A program made the position numbers and the translations under genes. 64,000 nucleotides of DNA from the NCBI GenBank assembly GCA_963708515.1, contig CAVPSX010000015.1:6396-70395 (forward strand), in the 5' to 3' direction. The notes under the pieces were generated by a model. That model searched no databases, was not told the origin of the DNA, and worked only from the letters and a program-made list of their open reading frames with translations. Source of the stretch: an uncultured delta proteobacterium (lineage in GTDB: Bacteria; Desulfobacterota; Syntrophia; Syntrophales; Fen-1087). This document shows positions 41,464 to 50,543 of the stretch, one piece after another (within the stretch, counting starts at the first letter, position 1; the number at the start of each line of letters is the position of its first letter).

Positions 41464-41480
41464 GAGACCTTTGAAAAATG
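41464..41480 (+). repeat. Isolated left end of the MITE-like element
   Basis: GAGACCTTTGAAAAATG, identical to 24787-24803. Confidence 0.55.
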
Positions 41481-41528
41481 AGCAACGCCCCTACCTCAAA
41501 CATAGATGAATATCAGGACCCTGTCAAC

Positions 41529-41561
41529 GTGATTCCGGGGGAAATGTGATTCCGGGGGAAA
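41529..41561 (+). repeat. 17-bp tandem direct repeat
   Basis: GTGATTCCGGGGGAAAT followed by GTGATTCCGGGGGAAA. Confidence 0.8.
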
Positions 41562-41647
41562 GAAGGGCGACGCAAGTTCATCATGCTCGTTCCCGGATTG
41601 CCCCTGCACATTTGACAACAGGCCCGGTATCGTTTATATTCGAACCC

Positions 41648-43261
41648 ATGAAGCTAAGACCTGTTCCGATTCTTGTGGGCGCCGCCCAGATTACGCAGCG
41701 AAATGACGCGGACCCCGTCCTTGATCCGCTGGGCCTCATGATTCACGCAAGCCGCCGGGCCCTTGCCGACACCGGGGCGGACGGCCTGTCCGGCCTGATC
41801 GATACGGTCTGCGTCGTCAACAGCTTTTCCTGCGATGATGAACAGTTGCCGGACAAACTCAGCCGCGCACTCGGGATCGTGCCCAGGGAGGCCATTTATG
41901 CGCTGATCGGCGGCAATACGCCGCAGATGCTTGTGAATGAGTTTTCGCGGGACATCGCGGCGGGCCGGAAGCAGGCGGTTTTGATTGCCGGCGCCGAGGC
42001 CATCCATGCGATGGTGAAGGCGGCAAGGGGAAAAGCAACGCTGGACTGGCCGGACAATATCACATGGCGACAGGTCCGGAATGCCGGAATGCCCGTTAAT
42101 TTCGACACGCTGCTGCGCATGGGGTGCGAGCATGAAGCAAAGAGGCGGCACAATGCCGGTGAAAAATATCCGGACCCCAACAACCGCGCCGAGGACGCCT
42201 TTGACCTCTTTCTTCCCCAGCTCATGTATCCCTTCTTTGAAACGGCCCTGCGGGCGTTGTCCGGACGAACGCCGGAAGAACACCGCCGGTACATGGGGAC
42301 CCGGTGCGAACACCTGGCCGGTATCGCCGCCCGGAATCCCCACGCCTGGAACCGGAAGGCGGCCACGGCCGACGAGATCACTTGCAGCACTGCGAAAAAC
42401 CACTATGTCGTCTATCCCTATACGGTCCGGATGGTGGCCAACATCAACGTGGATCAGGCAGCCGCCGTGATCATGACAAGCGTTGAGGCAGCAGAAAAGC
42501 TCGGCATCGACCGCATGCGCCGGGTGTATCCGATGGGCGGCGCCGAATTCAGCAATATCTGGCATGTCAGTAGGCGGCCCTGCCTTTACGACTCGCCGGC
42601 GGTGACGGAAGCGTCGCGGCTCGCCCTGGAGCAGGCCGGCCTTGCACTGAACGACATCGGTGTGTTCGATCTGTACAGTTGTTTTCCATCCGCGGTGGAA
42701 ATCGCCCGCCGGGCCATCGGCATCCCCGAAGACGACAAACGGGACCTGAGCATCACGGGCGGGCTGGCCTATTTCGGCGGTCCGGGGAATAACTACACGC
42801 TGCACGCCATTGCCTCGGTCGTGGAGCGCATCCGCCGGGATCGCTGCTTGAAGGCGATGGTCACGGCCAACGGCTGGTACAACTCGAAGCATGCCGTCGG
42901 CGTTTACGGCGCCGAGGCGCCGCTGCATCCCTGGGAGGATCGGGATGACGCGCCGATCCAGCGGGCCATCGATGCCCAGGCCCTGCCCGAGCCTGTGGAG
43001 CAGGTTGAAGGAGAGGCGTCCTTGACGGTTGAGGCCTATATGCTGCGTTACGGGCGCGATGGACGGCCGCAGCGCGGGACGGTGATCGGACGCCTGCCCG
43101 ACGGGCGACGCGCCCTGGCCGACATCGATGCAGGCCCGCAAAACCTCCTGAAAGCCGAGCGGATCGAACTGGTGGGCCGCACCTGCAAGGTCCGCTACGA
43201 TCCCCTTGTCAAGCGCAACCAGGTCGCCTTCAGCGCGTCCATATATGACGGCCTTTCATGA
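41648..43261 (+). CDS. Thiolase-like protein (TLP1 type) with extra C-terminal domain
   Basis: GGNTPQ, VDQAAA, DLYSCFPSAV, TGGLAYFGGPGNNY. Confidence 0.8.
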   Translation: MKLRPVPILVGAAQITQRNDADPVLDPLGLMIHASRRALADTGADGLSGLIDTVCVVNSFSCDDEQLPDKLSRALGIVPREAIYALIGGNTPQMLVNEFSRDIAAGRKQAVLIAGAEAIHAMVKAARGKATLDWPDNITWRQVRNAGMPVNFDTLLRMGCEHEAKRRHNAGEKYPDPNNRAEDAFDLFLPQLMYPFFETALRALSGRTPEEHRRYMGTRCEHLAGIAARNPHAWNRKAATADEITCSTAKNHYVVYPYTVRMVANINVDQAAAVIMTSVEAAEKLGIDRMRRVYPMGGAEFSNIWHVSRRPCLYDSPAVTEASRLALEQAGLALNDIGVFDLYSCFPSAVEIARRAIGIPEDDKRDLSITGGLAYFGGPGNNYTLHAIASVVERIRRDRCLKAMVTANGWYNSKHAVGVYGAEAPLHPWEDRDDAPIQRAIDAQALPEPVEQVEGEASLTVEAYMLRYGRDGRPQRGTVIGRLPDGRRALADIDAGPQNLLKAERIELVGRTCKVRYDPLVKRNQVAFSASIYDGLS

Positions 43262-43377
43262 AGAATAACCCCGCCGCATCGATCTTTCCCTCTTCCAATA
43301 ATTTCTTGCCGATTCGACAGCTTGTCTGCTATGAGGAAGCCGTTCCTCATAGGCTGTGATAGTATGGAGGCGAAGCA

Positions 43378-43821
43378 ATGCCCGCGCATTTAACCATTAC
43401 GTTGCCGGCCAGGATGGATTCCCTGCACGCTTTTATGGAACAGGCGTCCGTCTGTGCCGAAAAGCAGGGTTTCAGCCCGGACAGGATCAGGGATATTGAG
43501 CTCGTGCTGGAGGAACTTTTCGTGAATATCATCAGTTATGCCTATCCGGAGGGGGAGGGGTTCATCGAGATGACCTGCCGCAGCGATGCCCGCGGCCGGC
43601 TTGTTTTTGAAATTGCGGACAGCGGCGTTTCCTTCAACATGCTTGCTTACGGCGATCCCGATACGACGGCGCGAATCGAAGAACGGCAGATCGGGGGGCT
43701 CGGCATTTTCTTTGTCAAGAAACTCATGGACGAGGTGCATTACCGTCGGGAGGACGACCGGAATATCCTGACGATCGCCGCATCCAGAAACCGGAAAGAG
43801 GATCGAGATGGAGCGGAATAA
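43378..43821 (+). CDS. Anti-sigma factor / Ser-Thr kinase (RsbW-like HATPase)
   Basis: ELVLEELFVNIISYAY, DSG, IGGLGIFFVKKLMD. Confidence 0.9.
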   Translation: MPAHLTITLPARMDSLHAFMEQASVCAEKQGFSPDRIRDIELVLEELFVNIISYAYPEGEGFIEMTCRSDARGRLVFEIADSGVSFNMLAYGDPDTTARIEERQIGGLGIFFVKKLMDEVHYRREDDRNILTIAASRNRKEDRDGAE

Positions 43822-44092
43822 CAAAAGCAGGCAGGAGATCCTGTTCGAAATCAAGGCGGGCGCCCTCTTGCTGCAGCATAACATGTCCAGCCACCTGCTG
43901 GGCGAGGCCCTTTACGCGCAGATGGAGTACGATCGGCTGGTGGAGCAGTTCCATGACGGCCATCGCGAGTGGTGTTCGGAAGAGGATTACGAGACCGCAA
44001 AGCGCGATTTTGACGCCTTCATCAGGCTGCTGGATGTGGCCATCGAGCGGGTCCGTCGGGAACAGAGGGAGGGGGCTCCTGATAAATCATGA
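43808..44092 (+). CDS. Hypothetical protein
   Basis: 94-aa ORF overlapping both neighbours. Confidence 0.65.
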   Translation: MERNNKSRQEILFEIKAGALLLQHNMSSHLLGEALYAQMEYDRLVEQFHDGHREWCSEEDYETAKRDFDAFIRLLDVAIERVRREQREGAPDKS

Positions 44093-45331
44093 ACCCGCAG
44101 GGACTTTTAGGGTTGGCGGTGTTGACGGCCCTGGCCTGGCTCATCAGTGAAAACAGGCGCCGCATCCCGGTCAAGACGGTACTGATCGGTCTTGCCGTCC
44201 AGTTCGCGCTGGCCTTCCTGCTGCTCAAAATTCCCGTTTTCAGGGATTTTTTTCTGTTGCTCAATAAGGCCGTCATCATCCTGGAAAAGGCCACAACAGC
44301 GGGAACGTCTTTTGTCTTCGGCTATCTTGGCGGCGGCGCGCCGCCCTTTGTGGAAACCTATCCCGGGGTCGAGCTTTATCTTTGCCTTCAGGGCCATGCC
44401 GCTGGTCCTGGTAATCAGCGCCCTGTCTTCCGTGCTGTTCTACTGGAAAATTCTGCCCCGGGTGGTCCGGGCCTTTTCCTGGCTGCTGCAGAAGACCCTG
44501 AACATCGGCGGGGCTGTTGCGCTGGGGGCCTCTGCCAATGTCTTTCTCGGGATGGTCGAGGCGCCGCTTCTGATCCGCCCCTATTTGAAAAACATGACGC
44601 GCAGCGAGCTGTTCATCACGATGGCCTGCGGCATGGCCAACATTGCCGGGACGGTCATGGTCATCTATGCCGTCATTCTCAACCGCGTGATGCCGGACGC
44701 CATGGGGCACATCCTGATTGCATCCATCATCAGCACCCCGGCGGCGATCATCATTTCCCTGCTCATGATTCCGGAGACGGGAGAAGTCACCTCCGGCAGG
44801 ATCGAGCCGCCGCAGGCGGCCTCCGGCACAATGGATGCCGTGGCAAAAGGAACTTCCGAGGGCATCGTCCTGCTCATCAACATTATTGCCATGCTTGTCG
44901 TGCTGCTGGCGCTCGTGGAACTGACCAACCAGATTTTGGCGATATTACCCGCCTGGGGAGGCCAGCCGGTTTCCCTCCAGCGGCTCCTGGGTTATCTGAT
45001 GGCGCCGGTTGCATGGCTCATCGGCATTCCCTGGTCGGAGGCGCCGGCGGCGGGCGCGCTGCTGGGCACGAAGACAATCCTGAACGAATTTATCGCTTAT
45101 GTCGATCTTGCAGGTCTGCCCGATGCGGTCTTGAGCCCGAGGAGCCGCATGATCATGCTCTACGCCCTGTGCGGATTTGCCAATTTTGGCAGTCTGGGTA
45201 TCATGATCGGCGGGATGGGGGCCATGGCGCCGGAAAGGCGCGACGAGATCGTCGCCCTCGGCTTCAAATCCATCCTTGCCGGGACCATGGCGACCTGCAT
45301 GACGGGGGCGATCATCGGCCTGTTTCTGTAA
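44089..45331 (+). CDS. NupC/CNT family nucleoside transporter; +1 frameshift near 44365
   Basis: N-terminus FVFGYLGG in one frame; ANVFLGMVEAP, KTILNEF, LCGFANFGS in another. Confidence 0.9.
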
Positions 45332-45446
45332 ATAAAGGTCTCCCTTTCATTTTGCTGCGGCGAGTGTTATAAGTCAACCATCCTGCACAAAGGGGCGGTG
45401 CCTTGATGCGCGGGACAAATTTACGGATCATCAGGAGAATGTATCG

Positions 45447-46997
45447 ATGCAGGAAGACCAGGGCGAAAAAGGCGCGACAGGCGCGACAGACGCGACAGAT
45501 ATTCCATTGCAGCAGCGTGAAGATCGTCAGCAACTCAGCAATGAACGGATCATAGAGCCGGTCAACGCCCTGCCCGAGACGACCATCGAGGCGCTACCCG
45601 AACGGTCCCGGGCGGCATGCGCCAGCGCGGGATGGACAAAACTGTTGCCGGTTCAGGCCCGGGCCATTCCCTATCTGATGGCCAAGCGCAACATCATGGT
45701 CCAGTCGCAAACGGGCAGCGGCAAGACGGGGGCTTTCCTGCTGCCGATCCTGGAGCGGATCGATATGGCGAAACGGGCCTGCCAGGCCTTGATCCTCGTT
45801 CCGACCCGTGAACTGGCCCTCCAGGTTTCCCGCGAGGCGGAGCTTCTGGGCGGCGATTTCGGGATACGGACGGCCGTGGTGTACGGCGGCGTCAAATACG
45901 GCCCCCAGCTGGATGCATTCCGGGACGGGGCGCAGCTTGTCGTGGGGACGCCTGGGCGTATTCTCGACCACCTGCTCAAGGAGACACTCTCTCTGGAAGC
46001 CCTGCAGATCCTCGTGTTCGACGAAGCCGACCGCATGCTCTCCATGGGGTTCTATCCCGACATGAAGCGGGTCCAGCAGTTCCTGCCTTCCCGGCCGATC
46101 AGCGGCTACATGTTTTCCGCGACTTTTCCGGGCTACGTGCTGCGCCTGGCAGGGGACTTCCTGCGCAATCCGGAGTTTCTGAGCCTGAGCCGCGATCATG
46201 TCCACGTCGTCGGGACGGATCACATCTACTATCTGGTGCCGGGAATGCAGCGGGAACGGTCGCTCATCCGGATCATTGAAATGGAAAACCCCGTTGCCGC
46301 GATCATTTTCTGCAACACAAAATCGACGGTGCATTTCGTGACGGTGGTGCTCAAGCGTTTCGGCTACGACGCCGACGAGCTGAGTTCCGATCTCGCGCAG
46401 GGAGCACGGGAACGGGTCATGGGGCGCGTGCGCAAGGGCGCCCTGCGGTTCCTCGTGGCGACCGATGTGGCGGCCCGCGGCATCGACATTCCCGACCTGT
46501 CTCACGTGATCCAGTATGAACCCCCGGAAGATCTGGAGCTCTACATCCACCGGGCGGGGCGCACGGGGCGCGTGGGGGCCAGCGGCATGGCCATCTCCAT
46601 TGTGGCCGGCATGGAACAGTTCAAGTTGAGAGAAATATCCCGCAGCTTCAATATCGCGCTTGAGCAGAAAACGCTTCCCACGGATGAAGATGTGGAAGCG
46701 ATCGTTTCCCAGCGCGTGATTGCCTTGCTGGAAGCCGAACTGCGTTCCCGAGGCAGCCTGGAGCTCGAGCGCATGCAGCGGTTTATCCCGCTGGGCCGCA
46801 GCCTGACCGAAGCGGAGGAGGACTCCCCGCTCATTGCCATGCTGCTGGACAACTACTACCAGCAGACCCTTCATGCCCCCCCGCAGCCTCTACCGGCGGA
46901 CGCGCCGGTCGAAAAAGAGGCGTTTGAAGAAAAGAAAAAACCGCGCCCCCGGCGGCCGAGCGATCGGCGCAGGCAGCGCGGCTTCAAAACAGATTGA
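45447..46997 (+). CDS. DEAD-box RNA helicase
   Basis: QTGSGKT, PTREL, DEAD, SAT, ARGID, HRAGRTGR. Confidence 0.96.
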   Translation: MQEDQGEKGATGATDATDIPLQQREDRQQLSNERIIEPVNALPETTIEALPERSRAACASAGWTKLLPVQARAIPYLMAKRNIMVQSQTGSGKTGAFLLPILERIDMAKRACQALILVPTRELALQVSREAELLGGDFGIRTAVVYGGVKYGPQLDAFRDGAQLVVGTPGRILDHLLKETLSLEALQILVFDEADRMLSMGFYPDMKRVQQFLPSRPISGYMFSATFPGYVLRLAGDFLRNPEFLSLSRDHVHVVGTDHIYYLVPGMQRERSLIRIIEMENPVAAIIFCNTKSTVHFVTVVLKRFGYDADELSSDLAQGARERVMGRVRKGALRFLVATDVAARGIDIPDLSHVIQYEPPEDLELYIHRAGRTGRVGASGMAISIVAGMEQFKLREISRSFNIALEQKTLPTDEDVEAIVSQRVIALLEAELRSRGSLELERMQRFIPLGRSLTEAEEDSPLIAMLLDNYYQQTLHAPPQPLPADAPVEKEAFEEKKKPRPRRPSDRRRQRGFKTD

Positions 46998-47020
46998 TCC
47001 CGCAAAGGCAGACACGAAGA

Positions 47021-47186
47021 GAGACCGGTGGAAAATGGCTTCGCCGCGTCTCAAAATCTTTTTCGCTGGAAATATGATAATGCTAATTTATGATTGGAAT
47101 CAATAAATTAGTCTAATCTCTGGAAAGTCGAAAAATCTTTGATTCGCCGCATGCGAACCATTTTCCACAGGTTATGCAAAGCTCTC
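47021..47186 (+). mobile_element. MITE-like inverted-repeat element, copy D (short form)
   Basis: GAGACCGGTGGAAAATGGCTTCGCCGCG...GCGAACCATTTTCCACAGGTTATGCAAAGCTCTC. Confidence 0.85.
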
Positions 47187-47198
47187 CAGGCCTGTTTA

Positions 47199-49196
47199 TT
47201 AATAGAAATTCTTTCCAAAGATCTTCTTGCTTACGCCTGTCAGGTCCGCCCATTTCATCGGGCCGCCCTTGTCCGCCGGAAAACCGATGCCCCAGATCAT
47301 GCCCACGTCGATCATGCGCACGTCACCCACCACTTTCCTCTCCAGCAGGTCCCTGCCCGTCTTGACCATGGCCTCGATCAGTCCGTCCTGGATCTGCTCC
47401 GGCGAGAGCTCTCGGGGTTGGCGCTTTACGATCAGGGGCAGAACCTCCGGATCGACGCTGCCGTCTTTGACGAAGAAGCCCTTGCCTGATTTCTTGAGGC
47501 CCAGGCGGCCGGACTCGACGACGTTGGCCAGCGTTTCCTGGCGGATGCCCATGCCCTTGAAGATTTTATAGGGGATGTCGATGCCCACCTCGTCCGTGAG
47601 ACGGATGGGGCCGACGGGCATGCCGAAGTCCAGCATGGCCTTGTCGATCTTCTCGATGGCGTTGCCTTCCTCGAGGTAGCGGAAGGTTTCGATCAGCATC
47701 GGGAAGAGCAGGGCGTTGACGACGAATCCCGCATTGTCGCGGCAGACGATTGGACGCTTTTTGATCAGGGCCGCGAAATTCAGCAGGTTGTCGATTACAT
47801 CCTGGCCGGTCTGCTCGCCCTTGATGACCTCCACAAGCTGCATGAGCCAGACGGGGGAGAAGAAGTGAACGCCGCCGAAACGCTCCGGATGCGTGACGTA
47901 TGTTGCCATGGCGGTGATGGGAATCGAGGAGGTATTGCTGGCAATGACGCAGTCGTCTTTGACGACCTTGCAGAGCTCTTTATAGACCTGTTCCTTGACC
48001 TTGATATCCTCGAAAACGGCTTCAATGACCAGATCCACATCCTTGAAGGCGTCGGTGTATTCGGAAACGGCGGTCAGGCGGCCCATGACGGCATCCACAG
48101 GCTCCTTGAGGCGCTTCTTCTCGGCCATGCCGTCGAGCGTCTTGCGGACAAAGGCCTTGCCGGGTTCCAGGGCTTCGGGAATGTCCTTGACCAGGACGGG
48201 AATCTGTGTGTTTCTGATAATATCAATGGCAATGCCGCGGCCCATGGTGCCGAAGCCCAGGACGCCGATTTTGTTGAGCGGTTTCGGCTGGAATCCCTTG
48301 GTCATCATGGCTTTGGGCTTGTCGGTCATGCCTTTGATGAAGAAGGTATTGATGCTCCCCTTGGCCTGGGGAGTCAGAACCACTTCCGCAAAATTGTCGA
48401 TTTCTTTTTTCAGTCCTTCCTCCAGCGAAACCTTCAGGCCCTCATGGATGGATTTGAGCGCCAGAAAGGGGCCGGGAATGTAACGGCCTTTGGTCGCCTT
48501 CAGGATGCCCTGTTTGGCCATTTCCGCAACGGCGTCGATCTGCGAGAAATCATGGGTCGGGCGTTTCAGACCGGCCGTGCCGGCGTTGATCTCGCCAACC
48601 AGTTTTTTTGCTTCGGCCAGCAGGTCGCCGTCCGCGGGGACCAGGCGGTCCACGACGCCGGCCTCATAAGCCTTGGCCGCAGGCATCATCGTTCCCTTCA
48701 GGATCATCTCAAGGGCGGGATAGCCGACCAGCCGCGGCAGGCGCTGCGTGCCGCCGCCGCCCGGGAAAAGGCCCACGTTGCATTCGGGCAGGCCGATCAG
48801 CGTGCTTTTGCCTTCCTTGGCGATCCGGGCCGTACAGGCCAGCGCAAATTCGAGGCCGCCGCCCAGGCAGTAGCCGTGGATGGCGGCGATGGACGGATAA
48901 TTGAAGGCGTTGAGCTTCGCGAAAGAGCCGTGGAACAGATTCAGCATGTTGCGCGCCTCTTCGCCTTTTTCGATCTCCGCGATCATTTTCAGATTGGCGC
49001 CGGCAAAAAAGTTGTCCGGTTTGCCGGAAATGAAAATCAGGCCCGTGATCCCCGGCGTTTTGTCGAGTTCACCCATGAGCTCGTCGAAACTCATAAAGGC
49101 CTTGTCCGTCCATGTGTTCATGGCGTCGCCCGCGACATCGAATCTGACGACCCCGATGCCGCCGTCCTCCACTTTCAAATCAAAGATCTTGCTCAT
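47199..49196 (-). CDS. Bifunctional enoyl-CoA hydratase / 3-hydroxyacyl-CoA dehydrogenase (FadB/FadJ-like)
   Basis: CLGGGLE, PGGGGTQRLPRL, GFGTMGRGIA, ASNTSS, HFFSPV. Confidence 0.93.
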   Translation of the reverse strand: MSKIFDLKVEDGGIGVVRFDVAGDAMNTWTDKAFMSFDELMGELDKTPGITGLIFISGKPDNFFAGANLKMIAEIEKGEEARNMLNLFHGSFAKLNAFNYPSIAAIHGYCLGGGLEFALACTARIAKEGKSTLIGLPECNVGLFPGGGGTQRLPRLVGYPALEMILKGTMMPAAKAYEAGVVDRLVPADGDLLAEAKKLVGEINAGTAGLKRPTHDFSQIDAVAEMAKQGILKATKGRYIPGPFLALKSIHEGLKVSLEEGLKKEIDNFAEVVLTPQAKGSINTFFIKGMTDKPKAMMTKGFQPKPLNKIGVLGFGTMGRGIAIDIIRNTQIPVLVKDIPEALEPGKAFVRKTLDGMAEKKRLKEPVDAVMGRLTAVSEYTDAFKDVDLVIEAVFEDIKVKEQVYKELCKVVKDDCVIASNTSSIPITAMATYVTHPERFGGVHFFSPVWLMQLVEVIKGEQTGQDVIDNLLNFAALIKKRPIVCRDNAGFVVNALLFPMLIETFRYLEEGNAIEKIDKAMLDFGMPVGPIRLTDEVGIDIPYKIFKGMGIRQETLANVVESGRLGLKKSGKGFFVKDGSVDPEVLPLIVKRQPRELSPEQIQDGLIEAMVKTGRDLLERKVVGDVRMIDVGMIWGIGFPADKGGPMKWADLTGVSKKIFGKNFY

Positions 49197-49404
49197 TGGA
49201 CACCTCCTTAAGTTTATTATTTTATCGTCCTTGAATCATGACGACTTTGCAAGAAAACCCATGTGCCACGGTGTCACGTAAAACGCTTTTATCATATTTT
49301 TTTGTGGAGTTCTGCATTTTTTCAATCAACACTATCATTTTTCGGTGCAGCGCCAACGACAATTATGTTAAGAGACGTGAAAACAGATGGATGGAGCATC
49401 GAAT

Positions 49405-50352
49405 ATGAAAATCCTCTTTGCCGCGCATGAAAAAGCCTGGGGTGGTTTTTTCGGGTTAATACAAACCGAACTGCCGCAGCATACATTTGATGCCAGCGGG
49501 CGCTTCGGTTTCGAGAGTTTAAAGGGATTTGATGTCCTGATCCCGACCATGAGTGTCGTCGGCAGGGAGCAGCTTGCAACGGCGGACCGCCTTCAACTCA
49601 TTCAACAGTGCGGCGCCGGCCTGGAGGGCGTCGACATTCCGGCGGCGCTGGACCTGAATATCCGGGTAGCCAACGTTCCCACCGAGATGTCCGGCAATGC
49701 CGATTCCGTGGCGGAACTGGGCATCTACTTGTTGCTCGGTCTGTCTCGGGATTTCCGCAAGATGGCCCTGAGCCTGGCGAACAGGCAGACAGGGACGCCT
49801 CAGGGACGGGCCTTGTCCGGCAAGACGGTGGGCCTTGTCGGCCTCGGCGGCATCGGCCGCGCCCTGGCAAAAAAACTCGAGCCCTTCGGCGTTCGCCTGA
49901 TGGGCATTAAACGCCATAATCCACAAAAGGCGAAAGAGGAACTGGGCCTCGAATGGGCCGGGATGCCGGAGGAGATGGACGTGCTTCTGGGCCAGTCCGA
50001 CTATGTGGTGCTCTGTCTGCCGCTGACGCCCGAGAGCCGGCACATGATCGGACGGCAGGCCTTCAATGCGATGCGGCGGAATGCGTTTTTAATCAATCTG
50101 TCCAGGGGCGGTCTCGTTGACCGGGACGCGCTGGAGGAGGCGCTTGTCTCGGAGCGGATCGCAGGTGCCGGCCTGGATGTATTCTGGGAGGAGCCGGTGG
50201 ATCCGGACGATCCTATATTCAAATACAACGTTCTTGCAACGCCCCATATCGCCGGGTCCACGGACGTTTCCATCAGCGGCATCGTCGGGGCAGTGGCTGA
50301 AAACATCCGGAAACTGGAGCAGGGACAGGAGCCGCTGTATCAAAAAAAATAA
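49405..50352 (+). CDS. D-isomer-specific 2-hydroxyacid dehydrogenase
   Basis: GLGGIG, INLSRG, AGLDVFWEEP, TPHIAG. Confidence 0.92.
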   Translation: MKILFAAHEKAWGGFFGLIQTELPQHTFDASGRFGFESLKGFDVLIPTMSVVGREQLATADRLQLIQQCGAGLEGVDIPAALDLNIRVANVPTEMSGNADSVAELGIYLLLGLSRDFRKMALSLANRQTGTPQGRALSGKTVGLVGLGGIGRALAKKLEPFGVRLMGIKRHNPQKAKEELGLEWAGMPEEMDVLLGQSDYVVLCLPLTPESRHMIGRQAFNAMRRNAFLINLSRGGLVDRDALEEALVSERIAGAGLDVFWEEPVDPDDPIFKYNVLATPHIAGSTDVSISGIVGAVAENIRKLEQGQEPLYQKK

Positions 50353-50353
50353 G

Positions 50354-50412
50354 AAGTGCTTTGCATAACCGGTGAGAAATGGTTCGCAAGCGGTGAATCA
50401 AATATTTTTCGA
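50354..50412 (-). mobile_element. Right-arm half copy of the MITE-like element (copy E), inverted
   Basis: Reverse complement reads CGAAAAATATTTGATTCACCGCTTGCGAACCATTTCTCACCGGTTATGCAAAGCAC. Confidence 0.8.
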
Positions 50413-50543
50413 ATTTTCACGGCTGAGGAATTTCCAGTCGCCTTTTTCAGTAGCAGGTGAACCACGCAACATCTCTTACAGGGCCACGCTACAAAGGGCA
50501 CGCCCCTGTCATATGACCCTCTTTGCAATGGATGGGTGAACGC

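Noticed and set aside
44089..45372. 427-aa ORF treated as a separate protein
   Set aside because: It is the NupC N-terminus running out of frame after the indel
45471..45499. 9-bp repeat (GCGCGACAG-like x3) at the helicase N-terminus
   Set aside because: Short in-frame low-complexity repeat in a disordered tail, with no phase-variation potential
8716..47186. Repeat copies read as a CRISPR array
   Set aside because: Copies are dispersed, 165-190 bp long, with no repeat-spacer periodicity and no cas genes
41654..49211. Long antisense or overlapping ORFs (41654-43141, 45594-46874, 47865-49211; also 18204-19448 and 36940-38103)
   Set aside because: Shadows of GC3-rich genes on the opposite strand, with no recognisable motifs
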